Shown: piece after piece, positions 56,665-64,000 of the stretch
How positions within the stretch are numbered: the stretch's first letter is position 1
Layout: the number at the start of each line of letters is the position of its first letter
From: an uncultured Planctomycetota bacterium
Lineage (GTDB): Bacteria; Planctomycetota; Planctomycetia; Pirellulales; Lacipirellulaceae
Reading direction: 5' to 3'
NCBI GenBank assembly: GCA_963719315.1
Contig: CAVRBU010000002.1
Location: 512,001 to 576,000, forward strand
Length of the DNA stretch: 64,000 nucleotides
The notes under the pieces: generated by a model
Told to the model about the DNA's origin: nothing
Database searches by the model: none
The model's input: only the letters and a program-made list of their open reading frames with translations
Translations under genes and position numbers: made by a program

Positions 56665-58323
56665 CTACCACATGGTTATCAATAACACGATGCCGACAAC
56701 GACGACAGCCGCGACACCGATGGCGATCCAAACCAACGAAGAGGGCCCACCCGACGGCGGCGAATAATTCGGCGGAAGCAGCGGATTGAATTGGGCCCGC
56801 TGGGCAACTTTGCGCTTGATTTGTTCCAGCTCTGGATCGGTCAATTCTTCTTCGATCAACGACCTGGCCTTGCTGGAGCCCGACCCCGAACCCGCTTTCG
56901 AGCCTAGCTTTACCACATCGCTCGAAGTCGCCAAATCACTCGTCGAGTCGAGCTGCTTGTCGGAAGCGGTTGGGGATTCCTTCGGAGGCTGGCGATTACC
57001 GACGCCGAGCACATCCTCCTCATCGAGCGGCGCGAGGCCGATTTCCTCCTCGGGACCGGTGGGTCCGCTACTCTTTTCGTCCAGCTTCTTCGTATCGCGG
57101 TCGGAAACCGAGATGGTTCGACTGCTGCCCGAAGCGGCCTTGCCGGAGGAAGGCGTTGCCGTTCCCAGCGAGAAACGGGTAAACACGCCGCTGCCCACGC
57201 CGCTGCCGCGGTCTGGGTCGTGGGTTTCGATCGTGCCCCCGCCCGGTGTTCGTCCGCGGTCGGCCAGCCACGATTTGAGCTGGTTGGCCACTTCACCCGC
57301 CGTTTGAAATCGATCGGCCGGCTTCTTGGACATCATGATTTCGCAGATCTCGACCAGCGACGCTGGCGCATCGGGCCGGGTCTTGAAAATCGAGTCGGGG
57401 CGCGCGGTTTGATGTTTGAGCAGACGTTCGGAAATCGAACCGTCCGGAAATGGCGGGCTGCCCGTAAGCAAGAAGTAAAGCGTGCAGCCGAGGCTGTAGA
57501 TATCCGATCGACTATCGGCCTCGTGGCTGTTGAGGGCCTGTTCAGGGGCCAGGTAATCAGCCGTGCCTAGCACGTTTTCTTCGTTGGCCATCGTGAGCGA
57601 GGCCTGATCGTCTTCCGTCAACTTTGCCAGCCCCAGGTCAAGCAGTTTTACAGTGCTGTGGCGATCCACGAGGCAGTTGGCCGGCTTGATATCGCGATGC
57701 ACGAGCCCCATCTGGTGGGCGTGCTGCAGGCCCATTGCCACTTGGGCGATGTAATCGGCGGCAGTGTCGTAATCGAGCGCACCCTGCCCAACTATGATCT
57801 GGTGCAGGTCCTGACCGTCGACGTACTCCATCACGATGTAGTGCACGTCGCCTTCGTTGTCGATGTCGTACGCGCGGACGATATTCGGGTCATCCAACTT
57901 GGCGACGGCGCGGGCCTCCAAGCGGAACCGCTCCAAGTAGGACGAGTCGCCAACGCGATTTCGCGGCAGCACCTTGACCGCCACACGACGCTTCATGAGC
58001 TCGTGCTCGGCCAGGTACACGCTACTCATGCCACCTTTGCCGATCTGGCCCAGTAGCTTGTATTTGCCGAGCCGGAAACCGCGGTGCTTGCCGGCCAGGA
58101 GCTTGTCGGCCTGCCAGCGCGTGATGAGGTTCGCCTCGATCAGCAAATCGGCCAGGCGGCTTTGGTCGTCGAGTACCGCCTCGCCGTGCGTGCGCGTAGC
58201 GCTCTCAAGAAACGCCGTGAGCTTGGCCTCTTCCACGAGGTTGCTGCGGCGCAACAGGTCGACCAGCTTGTTGGTGGTCACCTTAGTCATTTTGCCCGAA
58301 AAGTCCACAGGAGCAGTGGTCAT
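56665..58323 (-). CDS. Hanks-type Ser/Thr protein kinase with C-terminal TM helix
   Basis: IGKGGMSSVY, VAVK, HRDIKPAN, DLG, GTADYLAPEQ, DIYSLG. Confidence 0.95.
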   Translation of the reverse strand: MTTAPVDFSGKMTKVTTNKLVDLLRRSNLVEEAKLTAFLESATRTHGEAVLDDQSRLADLLIEANLITRWQADKLLAGKHRGFRLGKYKLLGQIGKGGMSSVYLAEHELMKRRVAVKVLPRNRVGDSSYLERFRLEARAVAKLDDPNIVRAYDIDNEGDVHYIVMEYVDGQDLHQIIVGQGALDYDTAADYIAQVAMGLQHAHQMGLVHRDIKPANCLVDRHSTVKLLDLGLAKLTEDDQASLTMANEENVLGTADYLAPEQALNSHEADSRSDIYSLGCTLYFLLTGSPPFPDGSISERLLKHQTARPDSIFKTRPDAPASLVEICEIMMSKKPADRFQTAGEVANQLKSWLADRGRTPGGGTIETHDPDRGSGVGSGVFTRFSLGTATPSSGKAASGSSRTISVSDRDTKKLDEKSSGPTGPEEEIGLAPLDEEDVLGVGNRQPPKESPTASDKQLDSTSDLATSSDVVKLGSKAGSGSGSSKARSLIEEELTDPELEQIKRKVAQRAQFNPLLPPNYSPPSGGPSSLVWIAIGVAAVVVVGIVLLITMW

Positions 58324-58602
58324 ACGGCTGCATCGTCGCCGCCGTCACACGGCCCTGCTCCACACCGCACTTTTCCGTCAAAGTGCGACGAGAGGAGTGG
58401 TTGCCTATTATTGCCTGTTCCGCCTGGATCCATCCAATCAATCTCATCCACGAACGTGGCCCAACGAATGAACTTATGTTTCCCTAGTATGCCTCGCTGG
58501 CGGCATGAGTTGGCGCTCGACGCCTTATTTACAGAATACCACGCCCGAAAGCATCCGCCTAGCAGTTTTGGTTGAAAAATGGAGGTGTTGAAGCGGCCGA
58601 CT

Positions 58603-59412
58603 TCAGCGGTCTCCCAAAGCTGAACCTATGAGCGTCGAGTCGAAGTAATTCGTGCTCATTCCGGCGTCCACGACGATCCGTTGGGCGTTGATGCCGCTCG
58701 ACCGGGGACTGAGCAAAAACGCCGCCACATTGGCCGCTTCCGCCGTTTGGACCGCTTTTTTCCGGAGCGTGGCCTGCTCGGCGTACAGGTACGATTCGAC
58801 GTACCCGGGGATGCCGGCCGAGGCCGAGGTTTTCAGCAGCCCGGGGGCCACGGCGTTGAACCGAACCTGGGAAAATCGGCTAAAAGACTTGGCCAGGAAC
58901 GCGAGCGACGAATCGAGAGCGGCCTTGATGGGGGCCATGTAGCCGTAGTTTTCGCTGGCCATCCTCGTGGTGGAAATGGAAATCGTGACCACGGAGGCGT
59001 CTTTTGCCAGCAGGTTTTTTAGTGCGTTGGACACGGCCACCAGCGAGAAGCAGGAGATGTCGAGAGCCCGCAGAAATTCGTGCTTACCCGTCTCGTGGAA
59101 CGGCCGCGGCTCGCCCGCGTAATCGGCGAAAGCGATCGAGTGGAGAAACCCGTCGAGCCGGTCGTAACGCTCGCACAATCCGCGAGCCAGTAGGTCAATC
59201 TGATCCTCGAATTCGACATCGCACACAAAGACGGCGGCATTGCCCACGAGCTGTTGCACCTGCTCGCGACGTGCCTCATTCCGCACCGCATAGACCACTT
59301 CTGCCCCCGCCTCGACAAGCACCCGGCTTACGTGCCAGGCGACGCTCTTCTTATTGGCGACTCCCATTACGAGGATGCGTTTACCATCGAGTTGGAGAAA
59401 ATCGGAGGGCAT
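58603..59412 (-). CDS. fabI: Enoyl-ACP reductase (FabI-like SDR)
   Basis: [18 protein letters not shown]...KAAL, RFNAV.PG.L.T.A. Confidence 0.82.
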   Translation of the reverse strand: MPSDFLQLDGKRILVMGVANKKSVAWHVSRVLVEAGAEVVYAVRNEARREQVQQLVGNAAVFVCDVEFEDQIDLLARGLCERYDRLDGFLHSIAFADYAGEPRPFHETGKHEFLRALDISCFSLVAVSNALKNLLAKDASVVTISISTTRMASENYGYMAPIKAALDSSLAFLAKSFSRFSQVRFNAVAPGLLKTSASAGIPGYVESYLYAEQATLRKKAVQTAEAANVAAFLLSPRSSGINAQRIVVDAGMSTNYFDSTLIGSALGDR

Positions 59413-59435
59413 GACGATTCCAAAAAACCGGAATT

Positions 59436-59584
59436 ACCACGGAGACACGGAGAGCACGGAGTAGAAGAAATTGGTCATTGTAAATTTGTAATTTGTTTTT
59501 TTTCTAAAATCGCCAATTCCCAATGACAAATAGCCGTATGACGAATCTACCTTCTCTTCTCCGTGCTCTCCGTGTCTCCGTGGT
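59436..59584. repeat. Nested inverted repeats (perfect 26-bp outer arms with 9-nt period; inner 7-nt periodic arms)
   Basis: accacggagacacggagagcacggag / ctccgtgctctccgtgtctccgtggt enclosing ttggtcattgtaaatttgtaattt ... aattcccaatgacaaat. Confidence 0.9.
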
Positions 59585-59594
59585 GAATTCTCTT

Positions 59595-60026
59595 CTATTT
59601 ATTGCGTGGCGCCATTTTGCAGGCGAAATCGAACGTGACGGCCGTTTTGTCGCCGACGAGTACCTTGGCATTCAGGAAAAACGCCCCGGCCAATTGTTCC
59701 GTCAACTCCACATCGAGCGTCACCGTGTCGCCGGGGAGGACCATCGCCTTGAATTTCACGTGGTTCATCCGCGAGACCACCGGCACACGGTCGGGGTTGT
59801 CCGCCACGACTTTCGCCAAGAGTACGGCCCCGGCCTGCATGGCCGCCTCGCACAGCAGCACGCCCGGCGTAAGCGGAAATTCGGGGTAATGGCCTGCGTA
59901 CCAAAATTCTTGACCGGTAAACTCCTTGCGGCAAACGATGTGATTCTCCGTCTGCTCGACGATTTCATCGAGGAGCAGAAACGGCTCGCGGTGCGGGATC
60001 GCGGATTTGATGGCTTCTAGGGTCAT
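59595..60026 (-). CDS. fabZ: 3-hydroxyacyl-ACP dehydratase (FabZ-like)
   Basis: IPHREPFLLLD, GHYP..P..PGVLLCEA..Q, VKFK.MV.PGD. Confidence 0.85.
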   Translation of the reverse strand: MTLEAIKSAIPHREPFLLLDEIVEQTENHIVCRKEFTGQEFWYAGHYPEFPLTPGVLLCEAAMQAGAVLLAKVVADNPDRVPVVSRMNHVKFKAMVLPGDTVTLDVELTEQLAGAFFLNAKVLVGDKTAVTFDFACKMAPRNK

Positions 60027-60035
60027 ACGGAATTT

Positions 60036-60405
60036 GTCCGCAGATGTCGCAGCTGAACGCAGATTTGATTGTTAACGCCTACGATCAAGATGGACACGCC
60101 CACTTCCACGCAAATGGAACCGATTCAATATCAAAAACCTCAGAATAGGTCCATTGTGCTGAACCACAACAAGGGCACACAACCCCTTGCTCAAGCAACT
60201 GCGTTCGCGACAAGTCACTTGGATCGAAATACGCCGTCATTATCTCTTGATCTTCAATAAAACATGATTTGCAACAATCCGTTTGCTGAAGATGGTAATC
60301 GGATTCCCCAAGCGAGTATTTGAGGTGCTTCTGGAATTTGGGCGGATCCACAATGCTTATCACATTGAAACCCTTGATCTGCGAATATCTGCGTAATCTG
60401 CGGAC
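60036..60405. mobile_element. Inverted-repeat-bounded insert carrying one small ORF
   Basis: gtccgcagatgtcgcagctgaacgcagat (60036-60064) / atctgcgaatatctgcgtaatctgcggac (60377-60405); interior visibly AT-richer. Confidence 0.6.
60085..60363 (-). CDS. Small Cys-rich hypothetical protein (cargo)
   Basis: 92-aa ORF filling the IR interior, CCKSC and CPCCG motifs, same strand as the operon. Confidence 0.55.
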   Translation of the reverse strand: MISIVDPPKFQKHLKYSLGESDYHLQQTDCCKSCFIEDQEIMTAYFDPSDLSRTQLLEQGVVCPCCGSAQWTYSEVFDIESVPFAWKWACPS

Positions 60406-60438
60406 TAATCTTCATTCACGTGACCAGCGGTCGCGGCT

Positions 60439-61887
60439 TTATGGTGCAGTTGTAAGCGCGGGAGTGGCGGAGGCGTTCATCAATTGGCTATCGACCTCGT
60501 TGGCGACGATTACGCCGTAGTTCATGGCGCCGAGCCAACCGGACATGATAATTCCCACGCTGCCGGCGTGGTACAGGCCGGTGATTTGTTGCGGTAACGC
60601 TCGGCTGACGGCGAGGCCTTCGAATTTCGTGCCGAAGCTCGCGCCGTTCACGTGCTGCGTGTAGTGCTGGAACGTGACGGGCGTCGAGGCTTCGACGTGA
60701 TCAATTCGGTTGCGGACGTTCGGCACATATTTGTCGAGGGCATCAAGCGTGGTTTCGATGAGGTCGCGTTTGCTGGCTTCGTACTCTTCCTGATTGAGCT
60801 TCGCCCAGTCATCGTAGTTGGCATTTGTGCTGGAGACAATCAGGCACCGCGGGCGGCCTTCAGGGCGTGTCCGAGGGTAGTAGAATGAGAACGTGCGGCT
60901 TGTGATATCGCGGCTTAGCAGCAATTCCGTGCGGAACAGCGGCGCGGTCGAGCTGAAGAGCAAGTCGCCGGTCGATTCGTCGATCTGTTCCTCGGGCTTG
61001 AGCGCCATGTAAACTTGCGTGCTGGAATTGTTGAGGCGGACGGCGCGAGCTTCACCTACGAACGACTGATCGAAGTATTGCTCGCCGACGAGGTTGAAAA
61101 TCGTCGCGTTCAAATTTGCATTCGAGAGCACGGCCCGGGCGCGAATCGTGCGGCCATTGACTTCGACGCCGCGCACCCGCCCGCCGCGGCAAACGATCCG
61201 CGTAACGTCGGCTTTGATACAAATATCGACGCCGCTTTTGCGCAGTTCGCGTTCCATCAGGCCGATGAGCTTGTCCGTGCCGCCTTCGAACGTGAACACT
61301 CCCTTCGACATGAAGTTTGAGAACACGATGCCGTAGCTGATCGCCGGGTCTTCGAGCGTGCTGCCGTTGGCGTAGGTGATCGGCTCCATGAGGAGGCGGA
61401 TAACGTCCTCCCGGCCCGGGAAGAATTTTTGGAACAGCTCGCCCGTCGTCATCGATTGGTCGTCGTAGAAATTCATGCCGCGGGCGGCGTCGAAAAAGGC
61501 GGTCGCGGCGGCCGGATCAACTTTGAAATCGTTCGTGAGCAACCGGATGAAATCGTCGCGGTTGAACGACGTGGTGAGCGAGAACATCGGGTTGTCGAAC
61601 CGGATGTGCTTAAGTTGCACGATCGAATTGGCGATTTCCTGCGACCAATAGCGGCGGCAGCTTTTCACCATGCCGTACGGAAAACCGTGCAGCGAGATAT
61701 CGAAGATGTGGCCGCCGGGGCGCTTGAACCAGGTGGCCATGCCACCCAGCTTGTAGTGCTGCTCCAACAACAACACGCTCCGCCCGGCCCGCGCGAGGAC
61801 GTTGGCCGCGGTCAGGCCGGCCAGACCGCTACCGATGACGACAACGTCGTATTCATCGCGGGCGTTTTCGAGGAAATCGCGGGGCAT
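60439..61887 (-). CDS. Phytoene-desaturase-like FAD-dependent oxidoreductase (COG1233)
   Basis: [15 protein letters not shown]...G.SVLLLE....[27 protein letters not shown]. Confidence 0.9.
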   Translation of the reverse strand: MPRDFLENARDEYDVVVIGSGLAGLTAANVLARAGRSVLLLEQHYKLGGMATWFKRPGGHIFDISLHGFPYGMVKSCRRYWSQEIANSIVQLKHIRFDNPMFSLTTSFNRDDFIRLLTNDFKVDPAAATAFFDAARGMNFYDDQSMTTGELFQKFFPGREDVIRLLMEPITYANGSTLEDPAISYGIVFSNFMSKGVFTFEGGTDKLIGLMERELRKSGVDICIKADVTRIVCRGGRVRGVEVNGRTIRARAVLSNANLNATIFNLVGEQYFDQSFVGEARAVRLNNSSTQVYMALKPEEQIDESTGDLLFSSTAPLFRTELLLSRDITSRTFSFYYPRTRPEGRPRCLIVSSTNANYDDWAKLNQEEYEASKRDLIETTLDALDKYVPNVRNRIDHVEASTPVTFQHYTQHVNGASFGTKFEGLAVSRALPQQITGLYHAGSVGIIMSGWLGAMNYGVIVANEVDSQLMNASATPALTTAP

Positions 61888-61945
61888 GCGGCGGAGGATA
61901 CGGGATGCAAAGACAGGGGCACTGGATGTCAGCGGACCAATTATT

Positions 61946-62560
61946 CTACTGCTGTTCGAGCCAGATGATAAAGCCTGGCGAAGGCGTTTCCGTCGCGAGT
62001 ATTGGGCCATTCCCAGGCGGTGCAAATCTTGTTCGCACGAGTGTGAGCTTTCCGCTTTTGTTCATTACCTCTGTTTCTGAGAATACGCGCTGAGATTCAA
62101 ACACCCCCGTTCCGAAGAGATCTTCATCGTTGAATGCAAGGGTAATCATTGAACTCGACTGTGGCGACTCAATCTCAGCCACCCACGAACCTCGTGATTC
62201 GTACTTTCTGGCGGTAAACTTTAGCAGGTGCTCGCCAGCGCTTAGTTTGTATACAAATTTACCTTCGGGATACCCAGTTCGGGTGATGTCGCCGCACTTT
62301 GCTCTTAAGACAGCCGTTGTGCCTGTGGGCACGTAAATTCGCCACTTCAAGACTCCTTCGGCGTCGCTTGGCACGGCGATCGCGTGAATCCTGGAAGGGT
62401 CATCTATTTTTAGAACGCCGACTTGTTCGCGCAGTTGGGAGACTTCGGTGCGGAGGGGGCCAACCTCGCGCCAGAGTTGGGCGATGACGATCGCCATGCC
62501 GACGATCGTCATCAGTATGAGCGCGGTCAGCAGTGAGATTCTGGGGCGGAAGCGGCGCAT
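61946..62560 (-). CDS. Membrane-anchored hypothetical protein (paralogue B)
   Basis: [35 protein letters not shown]...; ends GFIIWLEQQ. Confidence 0.75.
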   Translation of the reverse strand: MRRFRPRISLLTALILMTIVGMAIVIAQLWREVGPLRTEVSQLREQVGVLKIDDPSRIHAIAVPSDAEGVLKWRIYVPTGTTAVLRAKCGDITRTGYPEGKFVYKLSAGEHLLKFTARKYESRGSWVAEIESPQSSSMITLAFNDEDLFGTGVFESQRVFSETEVMNKSGKLTLVRTRFAPPGNGPILATETPSPGFIIWLEQQ

Positions 62561-62617
62561 GGAAGCTAAATGGTTGATGAAAATGGTGAGTTTAGAACGC
62601 GTTCCTGAATGCAAAGA

Positions 62618-62650
62618 CACACCGCTGGGCAAGCCAGCAGTGGCACCCGG
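62618..62650. repeat. REP-like palindrome at the truncation breakpoint
   Basis: caccgctgggcaagccagcagtggcacccgg; shares the CAGTGGCACCC end with 7845, 28462 and 51138. Confidence 0.8.
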
Positions 62651-62817
62651 CGTTTGAACCAGGTGGCCATGCCGCCGAGTTTGTAGTGCTGCTCCAGGAG
62701 CAGCACGCTCCGCCCGGCCCGCGCAAGGACGTTGGCCGCGGTGAGGCCGGCCAGGCCGCTGCCGATGACGACAACGTCGTATTCATCGCGGGCGTTTTTG
62801 AGGAAATCGCGGGGCAT
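62651..62817 (-). pseudogene. Truncated duplicate (first 56 codons) of the phytoene-desaturase-like gene
   Basis: Matches 61721-61887 with 13 substitutions by manual count and only one amino-acid change (E7K). Confidence 0.9.
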
Positions 62818-62931
62818 GCGGTGGAGGATACGGGATGAAGGATGCCGGGAACAGGAAAGCTGGGTTCCGGCGGAACGAGTATTCTACTGGCGTTCGAGCC
62901 AGATGATAAAGCCTGTTGTTGTACGTTGGGA

Positions 62932-63569
62932 TCAGCGCACTTCTTCTTCGATCCACACAAGAATTGTACCGCCGTTGACGCCGTCGGTTCGCGAATCATT
63001 CGCGGCTTGAACGCACAATAACACAATTGGGTCGCCGCGTTCATACACAGTCTAAGTGGAAAATCCCACCTTGCTTATGGGAAAGCGGCGATTGGGATCG
63101 TCCAGCCAATCGCTATATGCTTTCGGAATTCGCTCTTTGCGACCTTTGCCATTTTGCAAATACCATCCTTCGCTGTCTCTTGCGAGTTTTATTTGAAGCG
63201 TCAATTCACCGTCCGCTATCCCGCCCTTGGAGCCGCGCGTACGTGGTGCCGAGATCCATTTTTTGAGATCGTCACCGGCAAAAGCTGGTTGCTTACCGAC
63301 GTACGTGCGAATAGCCCAATTGTTACTTTGACCGGGTCTTTCTGGTAAGAATAATCGCCAGCGCCAAACGCCGTCTTGGTCCCAATCAACGCCGATCGCA
63401 TGGGCCTTATTTGCGTCTGTGACAAATAATTGGCCCATTTCCGCGCCCGAGCGGCCAGTTCGGTGCGTAGTGGTGCTACCTCGTGCCACAACCGCACGAT
63501 AGTGATCGCCATGCCGACGATCGTCAGCAGCAGCAGCGCAGAGAGGAGCGAGAATCTTGGGCGGAGCAT
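62932..63569 (-). pseudogene. Paralogue A of 61946..62560; frameshift near 63450 and in-frame TAG at 63052-63054
   Basis: MLRPRFSLLSALLLLTIVGMAITIVRLWHEVAPLRTE|..EMGQLFVTD..KAHAIGV...WRWRLFLP...FST*TVYERGDPIVLL...GTILVWIEEEVR*. Confidence 0.7.
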
Positions 63570-63690
63570 GTCCGATTATTGATCGGTTGGTAGACGACGC
63601 ACAAGGCAAATGTTCTCACGCGCCGGCGCAGATGGACGCAGAGACGCGCTAATTACGCTTTTGGAACACTCTAGGGCCGATAGGTGAGCG

Positions 63691-63930
63691 TCAGGGGGTT
63701 CTCCGGCGCAGTTTGCGCTTAGCCTTTGTCGCATTGGGAATCACCGCGGCAATGTTAATAAGTGTTACCACCGGGTTTCCCTTGAAGCCCTTGAAATCGA
63801 CCAATAATCCGGCTGCATAGTCGCCCACGTGAATGAATTCCGGTTTCTCGACGAAGTACTCGCGCCCGTCGTTCATACGAATGAGTAAAGGACAGTCGCG
63901 AATCAGGTCTTTCAATTCATCCGGTTCCAT
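63691..63930 (-). CDS. Small hypothetical protein
   Basis: MEPDELKDLIRDCPLLIRMNDGREYFVEKPE...; basic C-terminal tail. Confidence 0.65.
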   Translation of the reverse strand: MEPDELKDLIRDCPLLIRMNDGREYFVEKPEFIHVGDYAAGLLVDFKGFKGNPVVTLINIAAVIPNATKAKRKLRRRTP

Positions 63931-64000
63931 TTGGATTATTCTAACGGTGATGTCAAACTTCAATTGCAACACTTTGGAGGCTGATTCGTCGGTTGATTTT

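Noticed and set aside
5616..60405. CRISPR array
   Set aside because: No run of identical direct repeats with unique spacers and no cas genes; the repeats are dispersed palindromes.
60439..61887. Calling this gene crtI (carotenoid synthesis)
   Set aside because: No crtB or crtE nearby and the context is fatty-acid enzymes; the family-level call is all the sequence supports.
61721..62837. Diversity-generating retroelement TR/VR pair or prophage attL/attR
   Set aside because: Differences are almost all synonymous and not adenine-specific, the repeat is at a 5' end, and no reverse transcriptase or integrase lies in the window.

Overview
GC-rich bacterial chromosomal segment. Gene content (PEP-CTERM protein, Secretin_N-only protein, OleA, Ser/Thr kinase, many GTAG-type palindromic repeats) suggests a planctomycete, probably Pirellulales; this is an inference. 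Most of the window is housekeeping: moaA/moaE/moaD, folE, nth, dcd, purU, glgB, topA, acpS, a MetB-family enzyme, cinA-nadE, and fabI-, fabZ- and phytoene-desaturase-like genes. It also holds a PIN toxin-antitoxin pair, a 1422-aa inverse-autotransporter-like adhesin and several hypotheticals. Five otherwise intact genes (dcd, a TPR protein, glgB, topA, acpS) each carry one frameshift, most likely assembly errors. Main observations: (1) a recombination 'stack' at the right end: a truncated, synonymously diverged copy of the 5' end of the phytoene-desaturase-like gene, a REP at the breakpoint, two divergent paralogues of a membrane-anchored family and an orphan C-terminal remnant; (2) a ~340-nt highly structured leader ahead of a PuuD/C26-family gene that has lost its catalytic Cys; (3) a SAM-II-like motif plus intrinsic terminator ahead of the MetB-family gene; (4) many intergenic inverted repeats with 7-, 8- or 9-nt periodic arms, one nested and one enclosing a cargo ORF; (5) several apparent pseudo-enzymes and a stand-alone MshEN-repeat protein. 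No rRNA, tRNA, CRISPR array, integrase or transposase was recognised.
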